Source of the DNA: Patescibacteria group bacterium
GTDB lineage: Bacteria > Patescibacteriota > Minisyncoccia > Phycocordibacterales > JACOZG01
DNA length: 64,000 nt
NCBI GenBank assembly: GCA_034658935.1
Contig: JAYEGE010000008.1
Coordinates: 68,678-132,677 of the forward strand
Direction: 5' to 3'
Shown here: positions 37,124 through 46,997 of the stretch, one piece after another
How positions within the stretch are numbered: position 1 is the stretch's first letter
How the letters are laid out: the number at the start of each line of letters is the position of its first letter
Translations under genes and position numbers: made by a program
The notes under the pieces: model-generated
Databases searched by the model: none
The model's input: the letters and a program-made list of their open reading frames with translations, nothing else
What the model was told of the DNA's origin: nothing

Positions 37124-38818
37124 ATGTCCTCACCAGCAGAACAAATCAAAGAACGTCTCGATATTGTCGAGGTAATTAGCGCCTATCTTCGCCTAGAGCA
37201 GGCGGGGGCTAATTGGCGTGCGCGTTGCCCTTTCCACCAAGAAAGGACACCCTCTTTCTTTGTTTCGCCGGCGCGCCAGAGTTACCATTGCTTTGGTTGC
37301 CAGCGAGGTGGAGACATCTTTAGTTTTGTTGAAGAGGTTGAAGGACTCGATTTTGTTGGTGCCTTGCGGGTGTTGGCCGATAAGGCCGGTGTCGAATTGG
37401 GGCCGACCCGCGGTCGTCGAGCCGACGAGGGACAGGAGCGCCTCTACCGTCTCTTAGAGAAAGCAACTCTTTTCTATCAGGAGCGACTAACCAATTACCC
37501 CCCAGCGTTCGCCTATCTTAAAGAGCGGGGCTTGAATGCAGAGACTATTGAAGAATGGCGTCTAGGCTGGGCCCCAGACGATTGGCGGGTTATAACCGAC
37601 TACTTAATCGCCCAAGGGTTCAACGAGATAGAGCTAGAGCAGTCTGGTATGGTTGGCCGCTCGCCCAAGGATCAGAGCCGTGTCTATGATCGTTTCCGTG
37701 GACGTTTAATGTTTCCTCTCTTTGATAATGCTGGGCGAGTAGTGGCCTTCTCTGGTCGTTTGTTCAAGCAGGGAGAAATTGAGGCGGCGAAATATTTGAA
37801 TTCGCCAGCCACCCAACTTTACGACAAGTCAAAGTTGCTTTATGGCTTCCATCGAGCTAAGGCCGCTATTCGTCGGGCCGATACCTGTGTATTGGTAGAG
37901 GGTCAATTTGACCTCCTTCTATCCCACCAGGCTGGCGTTGGTTATACTGTGGCCACATCTGGCACTGCTTTGACCGAGAAACATTTCAGTGAGCCAATCA
38001 AGCGTCTAACCAAAACTCTAGTGATGGCTTTCGATGCTGACCAAGCGGGCGTGGCCGCCTCTCGTCGGGCGGTGGGAGTGGCTTTGGGGCAAGGCTTCGA
38101 GTTGAAATTGGCAGCCTTGCCCTCTGATAAAGATCCAGCTGACCTAATCAGTCATGACCCGGCTGATTGGCTAAAACTTATTAATGAATCCCAACACGTG
38201 ATTGATTTCTTCTTGAGAAATATTGAAAGTCAAAACTTGTCCGCACGTCGTCGTGCTCAGGTAATTGTCACTGAAATTTTACCTCTTATCTCTCAATTAG
38301 TCAGCCAAGTTGATCAAGCCTTCTTTATTTCTCGGGCCAGCAGTTTGGCTGGGGTCAGCGAAGAGGTATTATGGCAAGAATTAAAGCGATTAAAGCCGGA
38401 TGATTCACTGGCCTCTAGAAGCGTTAGTTCGGCCGCTTCGCCAGTGGTTCCGCCAGACAAAAATCGGCGGCAGAGAATAGAAGAGCAAATTCTGGGGTTG
38501 CGGTGGTGGCGGTTAGAAGAATTAGACCCGGTGGTCAAGAGTGTTTGGTCTCAAGACTTGCTCGATCGTTTGACCGCAGAGGCGGCTCCAAGAAAGGACG
38601 ATTTGATTTTGGCAGCGGAATTGCGTTGCACTAGCCTAAGCGCTGAAGAAGTAACCACTGAGCTGGAGGTCCTATTGGCCGCTTGGCAGCAGGAGACTGA
38701 TAGGGAGGCGCTGGTAGCTGTTCGGCAACGGTTGACTGAGGCTGAGCGTCGGGGTGATGAGGAGGCCTTACGGCAATATTTGCAGGAGTTTCAAGATTTA
38801 TCCAAACGTTTGCAATAA
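37124..38818 (+). CDS. dnaG: DNA primase
   Basis: CPFH.E.TPSF CHC2 zinc finger, KYLNSP, TOPRIM VEG..D and FDADQAG. Confidence 0.95.
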   Translation: MSSPAEQIKERLDIVEVISAYLRLEQAGANWRARCPFHQERTPSFFVSPARQSYHCFGCQRGGDIFSFVEEVEGLDFVGALRVLADKAGVELGPTRGRRADEGQERLYRLLEKATLFYQERLTNYPPAFAYLKERGLNAETIEEWRLGWAPDDWRVITDYLIAQGFNEIELEQSGMVGRSPKDQSRVYDRFRGRLMFPLFDNAGRVVAFSGRLFKQGEIEAAKYLNSPATQLYDKSKLLYGFHRAKAAIRRADTCVLVEGQFDLLLSHQAGVGYTVATSGTALTEKHFSEPIKRLTKTLVMAFDADQAGVAASRRAVGVALGQGFELKLAALPSDKDPADLISHDPADWLKLINESQHVIDFFLRNIESQNLSARRRAQVIVTEILPLISQLVSQVDQAFFISRASSLAGVSEEVLWQELKRLKPDDSLASRSVSSAASPVVPPDKNRRQRIEEQILGLRWWRLEELDPVVKSVWSQDLLDRLTAEAAPRKDDLILAAELRCTSLSAEEVTTELEVLLAAWQQETDREALVAVRQRLTEAERRGDEEALRQYLQEFQDLSKRLQ

Positions 38819-38845
38819 TTTATTAACCTAAAGCAATCTTTTAAC

Positions 38846-40177
38846 ATGGTTAAGCAGAAGAAAAAGAAGAGTGTCGCCAAGAAAGCTCCACGGAAAGTGA
38901 AGGCCAAGAAAGTGGTAAGAAAGAAGGCCCGAGTCGGTGGGGCAACGAAGAAGACCGAGACTAAAACTAGGGTCAAAGCCAAAACTAAGGCGACTAAGGT
39001 TAAGAAACCTGCTCGTAAACAGACCAAAAAAACCACTTCAGTAAAATCGGCGAAGTCGACGAAGAAGATTGTGTCCAAGGTTAAGAAAAAGAAAAAAAGT
39101 CCCAAGACTAAGGAGCAGAAAGAGCAAAAAATAGAACGCCTATTAGAGAAGGGGCGCGGGCGGGGGTTTGTCACCTACGCTGAGCTTCTCAAAGAATTGC
39201 CCAATGTCGAAAAAGACCTGGTTTTTTTGGAAGAGATATATGACCGCTTCGAGGCGGCAGGAGTTGATGTTTTAGAGGAGGGGGGTCTCCTAGACGAGGT
39301 TAGCGATGAAAAGCTTCAGAAAAGTGGCCTGTTGAGTAGTGAAAGTACGTCATTAGATTCAATCCAGCTCTATCTTAAGGAGATTGGTAAACATAAACTG
39401 ATTAGTGCGGCCGATGAACGAGAATTAGCGCGACGTATTCTCAAGGGTGATGACGAGGCTAGACAGGCTTTGGCTCATGCCAACTTGCGTTTGGTGGTCT
39501 CCATCGCCAAACGTTATATCGGCCGGAGCCAGGACTTAACCTTGCTCGACTTGATCCAAGAGGGGAATCTGGGCTTGTTCAAAGCAGTGGAGAAGTTTGA
39601 CTGGACTCGCGGTTATAAATTTTCCACTTATGCTACTTGGTGGATTCGCCAGGCGGTAACTCGGGCTCTAGCTGACCAATCACGGACTATCCGGATTCCT
39701 GTTCACATGGTAGAGACGATTGCTAAATACAAGCAAGTAGTCCGGCGGTTGACCCAAGAGCTTGGCCGTGAACCTCTGGCCTCGGAAGTCTCGACTGAGA
39801 TGGGGATAGATATTGAAAAAGTTTATACTATCGAAAAGATTGACCAGAGTACAGCCTCACTTGATAAGCCGACTGATAACGATGAAGAGAAGTCTACTCT
39901 AGGTGAATTTATTGCCGATAATAAGATTGCGGCGCCAGATAAAGATTCTTCTCAACGTATTCTGCGGGATCAGATCCAAGAAATCTTGGGCGATCTTACT
40001 CCCAAGGAAAGGCGTATTTTAGAAATGCGTCATGGTCTGGATGATGGTATTATGCGGACTCTTGAGGAGGTGGGGAGGGAGTTTGGTGTGACCCGTGAAC
40101 GTATCCGTCAAATTGAAGCTAAGGCCCACGAAAAAATCCGCCAACACGGCAAGGTAAAAAGATTGCTCGGATACTAG
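38846..40177 (+). CDS. rpoD: primary sigma factor with Lys-rich N-terminus
   Basis: [39 protein letters not shown]. Confidence 0.95.
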   Translation: MVKQKKKKSVAKKAPRKVKAKKVVRKKARVGGATKKTETKTRVKAKTKATKVKKPARKQTKKTTSVKSAKSTKKIVSKVKKKKKSPKTKEQKEQKIERLLEKGRGRGFVTYAELLKELPNVEKDLVFLEEIYDRFEAAGVDVLEEGGLLDEVSDEKLQKSGLLSSESTSLDSIQLYLKEIGKHKLISAADERELARRILKGDDEARQALAHANLRLVVSIAKRYIGRSQDLTLLDLIQEGNLGLFKAVEKFDWTRGYKFSTYATWWIRQAVTRALADQSRTIRIPVHMVETIAKYKQVVRRLTQELGREPLASEVSTEMGIDIEKVYTIEKIDQSTASLDKPTDNDEEKSTLGEFIADNKIAAPDKDSSQRILRDQIQEILGDLTPKERRILEMRHGLDDGIMRTLEEVGREFGVTRERIRQIEAKAHEKIRQHGKVKRLLGY

Positions 40178-40278
40178 CCACTTGCTCCACTTGGAGGAAG
40201 AACCTCCAAGTGGGGGTGTTTAAATAAAAACAACAGTGCCACGGCGCTGTTGTTTGAAGTCTTTCGGTCAGACGGGTC

Positions 40279-41067
40279 TTAATTATTACCACCAGTTAGG
40301 CGGAGGTAGCTCTCTTGCTGTGCGGCGTCGAGGAATTCAATAACTTCCTTAGTTAGGTCATCTGCCTCGGCTGGTGCTGGGCCACGGAGGGCAACAGTTA
40401 AGATGTCGTTAGGGGCAGAAAGGATTACGAAGGGAGTTCCGTCCAGGCCAATGGCGGTACCGTTGGTGGTGTTGTCAATGACCTTTTGGGCGTGTCGCCT
40501 ATCAGTTAGACATTGGTTGAAGTCGGCCTCCTCAATACCTAGCTCGCCTGCATAGACGGGCAATTGCTCAAGGTCTAGGCCGTCGTTAGATGGAGTTGCA
40601 TCAAAGATCTTATCAATATAGGTCCAGAACGTCGACTCGCCGCCAAGCTCGGCTACACATTCAGACGCCTCGGCTTCTTGGCGGGCCTTGGTGTGGAGGA
40701 CGCGGCAACCAGGTGTCTCGCCGCCGTTACAATCTAGGGGGTAATGTCTATAAACCCAAGCTACTCGGTCGCCATATTCTTCCATCAAGGCCTCCATAGA
40801 CCAATGAAACATTTTACAGAAAGGGCATTCTAGGTCGGAATAATCGAAGAAGACGATGCTGGCATTTGGGTTGCCGCGGACATTATCACTTGCCGTTATT
40901 GGTGCGATTTCGTCAAGTTGGTAGGCCTTATCAGAGGAGCCTACTGGCGGTGTCTGGTCGCCTGGCGCCGGTGTACTGCCTCGATAGAAGACGGCCCCAG
41001 CAATTAATAAACCTGCAATAATAATGGCAATCGGTACCCCCAAACTGCTTTTTTTGTTGTTTTCCAT
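40279..41067 (-). CDS. DsbA-family oxidoreductase
   Basis: TM anchor, YSDLECPFC, YRHYPL, GTP. Confidence 0.88.
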   Translation of the reverse strand: MENNKKSSLGVPIAIIIAGLLIAGAVFYRGSTPAPGDQTPPVGSSDKAYQLDEIAPITASDNVRGNPNASIVFFDYSDLECPFCKMFHWSMEALMEEYGDRVAWVYRHYPLDCNGGETPGCRVLHTKARQEAEASECVAELGGESTFWTYIDKIFDATPSNDGLDLEQLPVYAGELGIEEADFNQCLTDRRHAQKVIDNTTNGTAIGLDGTPFVILSAPNDILTVALRGPAPAEADDLTKEVIEFLDAAQQESYLRLTGGNN

Positions 41068-41205
41068 GAATGTCACCTTAACATGGCCGCTCTCGGCAGA
41101 CAAATGTGGATAGCCTCTTGAATTACTGGATTCTCCTCATGCTATAATATTTGTGGGTGTAGAGATAAAGGTCGAACTTTATCCGTATCGTAGGTTATAA
41201 AGCAC

Positions 41206-41424
41206 ATGCTTAAAAAAATCGCTTGGGTCCTTTTGGTCATCGGTGGCTTAAATTTAGGCCTAGTTGGCCTTGGCCAGTTGTTTGGCAGTTCCAGTTGGGA
41301 CGTAATACATTGGATCCTCGGCTCAGTCTCAGTTATTGAGGCATTGGTTTACCTGCTAATTGGTATTTCCACCGTGATTCTACTTTTCGGTGGTCGTGGC
41401 AATGGGCAGAGCCAGATGAGCTAG
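41206..41424 (+). CDS. DUF378 family membrane protein
   Basis: LLVIGGLN.GLVG, VYLLIG. Confidence 0.8.
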   Translation: MLKKIAWVLLVIGGLNLGLVGLGQLFGSSSWDVIHWILGSVSVIEALVYLLIGISTVILLFGGRGNGQSQMS

Positions 41425-41502
41425 GTAGCACTCTACGGAATTCGTTCTCGCTACGCGGGGACGGATTTTGTTATCTGGCGATAATCACGTTAAAATAAGT
41501 CC

Positions 41503-42570
41503 ATGAAATTAGCCAATTCGACCATTGCAATTTTGCTTTTAGCCTTAACCATAGAGGTGGGTTTGATTGCTGATGATTTCAGTCAGCAACATAGGCAAGT
41601 TGATTTGGCATCAGTATCATCTCTGGCTTTAACTCCTGCTCAGCCCCCAGTTAAAGAAGTCGAAGAGGTAGAGGTTTTACCCCCACCTCCGCCGACTCCA
41701 ATTATCCCAATAGCCGATACCGAGATTGCTGAGGTTGTAGAGATTGAAGAGGCCAAGCCGTCGTCGCCTAAACCGCGTGGTAGTGGGCCCCTGGCCCTCT
41801 CGGCTCAGGCTTGGCTAGCAGTTTTTATCCCCCCCGCTGGTGACCCTCAAGTTTTGGCTAGCCACAATGCGTCTCAGTCCTTGGCTATTGCTAGTTTAAC
41901 TAAACTCATTACAGCCATTGTCTCCAATAAGGAGATTGATTCTGGTGTTGCCCTATCTCTTGATGGTGATTTGAAAACCCTTGGCGGCGATCAGGGCTCA
42001 GCTCCAACAAATATTCCAGGCGCTCAGATGGTGCGGGCTGGTGACCTTGTTTACCCCCTATTAGTAGAATCAAATAATAATGCCGCGAGCGCTTTGGCTT
42101 CAGTTATGCCGGAGGGGGAATTTGTCGTCCAGATGAACCTAATGGCTCAAGATCTGGGGTTACTCAATACTGGTTTTTATAATCCACATGGCCTAGATTC
42201 GGAGGGGGCAGTTCCGCCTAATTATTCTACTGCCGAGAATCTGGTCCGCTTAGCTGAGATTATCGTTAGCGATTATCCAGAACTTCTGGCGGTGACGAAA
42301 AATAAGGCCTACTCGATTCAGGCTATTGATGGTACAACTGTCAGGCAATTTAAAAATACGAACAAATTAATTGATGCTACTGATTGGCCGGCCACTGTGT
42401 TGGGTGGTAAGACTGGTCATACTGATCTCGCTAAACGTAATCTCCTATTGATTCTCCGTGATCAAGGTAGTGGGGGGCTGTTGATTACCGTTGTGCTGGG
42501 GGCCGATGATCATTTTGCTACTACTACTGATTTCCTCGATTGGATTTATTACCACCACGATTTTTCTTAA
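41503..42570 (+). CDS. D-alanyl-D-alanine carboxypeptidase (peptidase S11)
   Basis: ASLTK (SxxK), SNN (SxN), NPHGLD, KTG. Confidence 0.9.
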   Translation: MKLANSTIAILLLALTIEVGLIADDFSQQHRQVDLASVSSLALTPAQPPVKEVEEVEVLPPPPPTPIIPIADTEIAEVVEIEEAKPSSPKPRGSGPLALSAQAWLAVFIPPAGDPQVLASHNASQSLAIASLTKLITAIVSNKEIDSGVALSLDGDLKTLGGDQGSAPTNIPGAQMVRAGDLVYPLLVESNNNAASALASVMPEGEFVVQMNLMAQDLGLLNTGFYNPHGLDSEGAVPPNYSTAENLVRLAEIIVSDYPELLAVTKNKAYSIQAIDGTTVRQFKNTNKLIDATDWPATVLGGKTGHTDLAKRNLLLILRDQGSGGLLITVVLGADDHFATTTDFLDWIYYHHDFS

Positions 42571-42668
42571 TAAAAAAGCCCCGACCTATGGTGTCGGGGC
42601 TGCCTCTTGTCTTACGGCTCATTATTGTTTCCGATCTTGAGTCATCAGGGAGATGATGCTGGACTGAG

Positions 42669-42947
42669 TTAAGCCGGGCTTCCTTTCTCTGCTTCCTCCT
42701 CCGTCAGGGCTCCGCAGATATAGTCGATGGCGCCGCCCACGGTCTGGAGTTCCTCAGCTTCCTCGTCTGGAATCTTGATCTCAAACTCTTCCTCGAATTT
42801 CATCACCAATTCGACCTGGTCGAGTGAGTCGGTGTTCATGTCGCCTACGAAGCTGGCTATTTCGTCGATATCTTCCCCCGGCTCCCTGCCCATCTGCTCT
42901 CGGATTACTCTCAGCGCCCTTTCTTTGACTTCGTTACGTGTTACCAT
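42669..42947 (-). CDS. acpP: acyl carrier protein
   Basis: DSLDQVELVMKFEEEFEIKIPDEEAE.L.TV. Confidence 0.88.
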   Translation of the reverse strand: MVTRNEVKERALRVIREQMGREPGEDIDEIASFVGDMNTDSLDQVELVMKFEEEFEIKIPDEEAEELQTVGGAIDYICGALTEEEAEKGSPA

Positions 42948-43067
42948 TAGTCCGTCCTTTTCTCTGAAAATGTTCCAGTTTAGCCACATAGCCAAACTTA
43001 TCTACTCACCAAACTAGCATTTTTAATAAAAGTTGTAAAGGTCGCCCTATGAAATGTTGAGAGAGAT

Positions 43068-43649
43068 TTATTCAGCTATTTCACGAATAGCCGAGAGGGC
43101 TGAGGGTAATTCTTTGACCTCGTTGTCATCACTGAAATGGCCCTTCCCGTGCTCGGTTATGATTTCTGCCCCCAATTTGTCGGCAAAGATTGTCGAGTCA
43201 CTGAAGGGGACAAAGGGGTCATCGTCTGAAAATATCGCCGTGAATTTATCAGTATGTGATCTGACTTTACCCCAATCAATTGGGGTTTCTAGCCAGGGTT
43301 TGGCTATTTCTTTGTCCTCCTCGTCTTCGAATGTCTCGTCTGTTAAATGGAGCCAGCCGGCCAGGAGGACGGCTCCGCCAATTTTCTCGTCTTCCTTTAG
43401 TTGTTCTAAATATCTCAATACCGTTTGCGCGCCGATCGAGTGTCCGAGTAAGAAAGTGTTTTCGTTTGGTGTGCCGATCTTGTCGGCCAGAAAAGGGACC
43501 CAGGTATCAATTTTGGGTTCTAGCGGGGTGGGCATAGAGAGGGCCTCAACCCGGTAGCCCTGCCCCTCCAACTCCTTTTTCAGCCACGGGAAACACTTCG
43601 CATCTTTGTGGCTATCCCATCCGTGAATCAAAAATACTCGTTTTTGCAT
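43068..43649 (-). CDS. alpha/beta hydrolase (RBBP9/YdeN family)
   Basis: IHGW, GHSIG nucleophile elbow, SDDDPFVP, GHF. Confidence 0.88.
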   Translation of the reverse strand: MQKRVFLIHGWDSHKDAKCFPWLKKELEGQGYRVEALSMPTPLEPKIDTWVPFLADKIGTPNENTFLLGHSIGAQTVLRYLEQLKEDEKIGGAVLLAGWLHLTDETFEDEEDKEIAKPWLETPIDWGKVRSHTDKFTAIFSDDDPFVPFSDSTIFADKLGAEIITEHGKGHFSDDNEVKELPSALSAIREIAE

Positions 43650-43698
43650 AATTGTTTGTGTCTTGCACCGCGTAGCTCCGATGGCCATCGGAGCGAAG

Positions 43699-43772
43699 TG
43701 GTGGACCTACGGGGAGTCGAACCCCGGCTTCATCCATGCCATGGACGTGTGATACCGTTTCACCATAGGCCC
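43699..43772 (-). tRNA. tRNA-Ala(GGC)
   Basis: G3:U70 acceptor pair, anticodon arm CGTCC-ATGGCAT-GGATG, encoded CCA. Confidence 0.9.
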
Positions 43773-43857
43773 AAATTTATTGAGAAAAAAAGCTTCTCCG
43801 CTACCACACCGCTCGGTGCATAATAGCAAAGAAGCTCGTCGCCTGTCACGACCCTCG

Positions 43858-44304
43858 TTATTTCTTAACGAGGCTCTTGACACGCACTTGGTCCGCCGCG
43901 CCATCTGGCAACGCTCCATCGTCATTTTCGAGTACTCCTACGAAAATCCCCGTCGCTCCACTTGCCTTTAGCTCGTCTACTACTAGCCCTAGAGCCAGTC
44001 GATCGCCAGAGCCCAAGCGATCAGTAACTACCAGAATCTTCTTTCCTTGGACCAGGGCGCGAACAGTGTCGGTAATATATCCTTGACCATCGGCTCCTGA
44101 CTCGAGGCAGGCAAAACCGACATCTGTTCGTTGCATAGCGCAAGCAATATGCTTGGCCACCGTAAGCGCCATTGCTACCCCCGCAGTCCTCCAGCCTGCG
44201 ACGATCTGAATTCCGTCCTGGAAGAAAAGGGCTGCCAATTCACCCAACCGAAACTCTGCCTTCCGTGGGTCCAACCAATCCAAATTATTATTGGTGGTGA
44301 CCAT
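43858..44304 (-). CDS. phosphoribosyltransferase-fold protein (PyrE-like, divergent)
   Basis: GKKILVVTDRLGSG resembles the PRPP-binding loop; AAAGGAG RBS. Confidence 0.6.
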   Translation of the reverse strand: MVTTNNNLDWLDPRKAEFRLGELAALFFQDGIQIVAGWRTAGVAMALTVAKHIACAMQRTDVGFACLESGADGQGYITDTVRALVQGKKILVVTDRLGSGDRLALGLVVDELKASGATGIFVGVLENDDGALPDGAADQVRVKSLVKK

Positions 44305-44501
44305 CTTCTCCTTTCGTTGTTAAGGGCCTAAGACTTGACTCACTAACGTTTTTATTTTCTCCTTTCTATTATTCATCCTAACTTAGTCAAGCTTGAAAGG
44401 CAAGTTCTCGGGTGCTAAACTTGGGCGGGAATGGTCTCTGGTTTTTTATAGTAACAATTATTAGTTTGTCGAGTTTAATTATAAAGACTGAAAAATAAAA
44501 T

Positions 44502-45731
44502 ATGAGCACAACAGGTAAAACTATCGTCTGGCTAATCGTTATTATCTTGATCGTCTGGCTGGGCTATTTCTTAGTTACTAAGCCCGACATCAGTGGTCCA
44601 GCCACTGGCGAGCCGATTACTATCGGCTTCATCGGGCCTCTGACAGGGGACGGAGCCAGTATTGGCCAGAACGCTATGGCCGCCACTCAGCTGGCGGTTG
44701 AAGAGGTGAATGAGGTTGGCGGCATCGACGGCCGGCTCTTAGAAGTCATTTACGAAGATGGTAAATGTAATGGTCGCGATGCTTCTAATGCCGCTAATAA
44801 GTTAATAAATGTTGACGAGGTGCCGGTGATCTTGGGTGGGGGTTGCTCAAGCGAGACTTCCGCTTTTGCTGGCTTAGCCGAGCAAACTGAGACAGTTGTC
44901 CTTTCTTATTGTTCTACAGCCCCGCCACTAACAGAGGCTGGTGATTATATCTTCCGTAATATGCCCTCTGATATCTATCAGGGTGAATTTGCCGCTGATT
45001 ACGTCTACAACACTCTCGGAGTAAGTAAGGTCGCGATACTTTTCGTAAAGGCCGATTGGGGAGTGGGGATTAGCAGTCAATTCGTCGAGAATTTTGAGGA
45101 ATTGGGCGGGACAATCACTGCTAATGAGGGCTATGAACAGACGGCCCGTGACCTACGATCATCACTGACTAAAATTAAAGCTTCAGAACCAGAGCTACTC
45201 TATTTCGTTGGTTATTCCGAGGCCTCGATCCCTGGCTTAAAACAGGCTCGGGAATTAGGTCTCGACATGCCTATCCTCGGTGCTGACGCTTGGGACGATC
45301 CTAAGATTTGGGCAGACGCTGGTGAGGCGGCTGAGGGAATCAGCTTTGTGAAGCCGGAGGCTCAAAATGTTGAGAAGTATCGAGTCAAGATGCAAGAGAA
45401 GACCGGCAGTGACGAGATTGGTCTATGTAGCCCAACGGCCTACGATGGCGTCTATATTCTGTCGCAGGTTATGAATGATGTCGGTACTGACTCGACAGCG
45501 ATTAAGGATGCTCTTTACCAAGTAGAATACACTGGTGGAGTCTTTTCTTCAGAAGTTCGCTTCGATGAGAATGGTGATGTCTTGGGGGCCAATTATATTG
45601 TAAAAAAAGTCAGCAATGGCGTAGCCACTAAGATTGGCGAGGAGCCGGTGGCGGAGGGTGATGAAGAAGCCGACAACAATGAAGAGAACGAGGAAGCCGA
45701 CGGTGGTGACTCTGACGACACAGAAGAATAA
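44502..45731 (+). CDS. Liv-type (branched-chain amino acid) ABC substrate-binding protein 1
   Basis: TM anchor, IGFIGPLTG, YEDGKC, DYIFRN, FDENGD. Confidence 0.9.
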   Translation: MSTTGKTIVWLIVIILIVWLGYFLVTKPDISGPATGEPITIGFIGPLTGDGASIGQNAMAATQLAVEEVNEVGGIDGRLLEVIYEDGKCNGRDASNAANKLINVDEVPVILGGGCSSETSAFAGLAEQTETVVLSYCSTAPPLTEAGDYIFRNMPSDIYQGEFAADYVYNTLGVSKVAILFVKADWGVGISSQFVENFEELGGTITANEGYEQTARDLRSSLTKIKASEPELLYFVGYSEASIPGLKQARELGLDMPILGADAWDDPKIWADAGEAAEGISFVKPEAQNVEKYRVKMQEKTGSDEIGLCSPTAYDGVYILSQVMNDVGTDSTAIKDALYQVEYTGGVFSSEVRFDENGDVLGANYIVKKVSNGVATKIGEEPVAEGDEEADNNEENEEADGGDSDDTEE

Positions 45732-45756
45732 TTATTAACACTGAGTACAAATAATC

Positions 45757-46938
45757 ATGAACAATACTTGGAAGATAATCATTGGGATAATCGTTATTAT
45801 CCTAGTGATTTGGCTGATTGCCTCGACGGGCGACAAGCCAAATCAACCAGCCACCGGTGAGCCGATTAAGATTGGGTTTGTCGGTCCTTTGACGGGAGAT
45901 GGGGCTAGTTATGGTGAGACAGAAAAGAATGCCACTGAATTAGCTTTGGCTGACTTGGCTGAAGATGATTCTGCGCCGAGGTTCGAAATCGTCTATGAAG
46001 ATGGTAAATGCAACGGCAAGGATGCGGCTACTGCTATACAGAAGTTAATTAATGTTGACCAAGTCAAGATTATCCTCGGTGGTACTTGTAGTGCAGAAAC
46101 TTTAGCAATGGCTCCGATTGCTGAACAAAATGAGGTGCTTCTCTTGTCAGCATTCTCAAGTAATCCTGCCATTACAGAGGCCGGCGACTATATCTTCCGT
46201 AATTCTCCCAAGGACGATGACGTCGCCAGTTTAGATGCTGGTACTATTGCGGACATTTACGATAAAGTCGGTGTAATTTCTGAGAACACCGACTACTCTT
46301 TGGGTGTCAGGAATACAATGAAGGAAATATTCGCCAGCCGAGGTGTGGAGGTTGTTGCTGACGAGCTCTATACCAATACCGATGGTCAGTCGACTGATTT
46401 CCGAAGTATTTTGGCCAAGGTCAAAACCGCACACCCAGAAGTTCTCTATATTAATCCCGGAACTTCGACCAATGCTGGTGGTGTAATTGTCAAACAGGCC
46501 AGAGAGCTCGGGATCCAGGTTCCGATTCATGGCAATTTCTCTCTTGGAACTTCTGACGCTCTCACAACTGGGGGAGATGCTATGGACGGGGTAGTGATCA
46601 GTGATTCTTCAGGGTTGGCGGATGCTGGTAGGGTAGTAGCCGAGAGATACAAAAATCAATTTGGGATCGATCCGGCCAATGAATTCGAAATGGGCGCTGC
46701 TTATGATCGTGTCATAATTATTGCTGATGCCATTAGAGATGTCGGTTATGACGTAGAGGAGATAAAACGGTATCTGTACGATCTACCTAATTTTTCTGGA
46801 GTGGTAGGTGATTACCGCTTTGACGAGAACGGAGATGTGGTTGGAGTCGGTTTCACTAATTTTGTTCTCAGAGATGGAGAGAAAGTGCCTTATGTTAGTG
46901 GCGTTGACGACAATGTAGACGAGAACCCAGAAGAGTAA
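45757..46938 (+). CDS. Liv-type ABC substrate-binding protein 2
   Basis: IKIGFVGPLTG, YEDGKC, DYIFRN, FDENGD. Confidence 0.9.
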   Translation: MNNTWKIIIGIIVIILVIWLIASTGDKPNQPATGEPIKIGFVGPLTGDGASYGETEKNATELALADLAEDDSAPRFEIVYEDGKCNGKDAATAIQKLINVDQVKIILGGTCSAETLAMAPIAEQNEVLLLSAFSSNPAITEAGDYIFRNSPKDDDVASLDAGTIADIYDKVGVISENTDYSLGVRNTMKEIFASRGVEVVADELYTNTDGQSTDFRSILAKVKTAHPEVLYINPGTSTNAGGVIVKQARELGIQVPIHGNFSLGTSDALTTGGDAMDGVVISDSSGLADAGRVVAERYKNQFGIDPANEFEMGAAYDRVIIIADAIRDVGYDVEEIKRYLYDLPNFSGVVGDYRFDENGDVVGVGFTNFVLRDGEKVPYVSGVDDNVDENPEE

Positions 46939-46997
46939 TCTTTAAGTTGTTCACAAACAAAATCCCTCTGATCTAAGGTCGGGGGTGTTTTGTTTTG

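Noticed and set aside
43699-43772. tRNA-Gly(GCC) call
   Set aside because: GCC appears on the non-coding strand; the sense anticodon is GGC and the acceptor stem has G3:U70, so it is tRNA-Ala.
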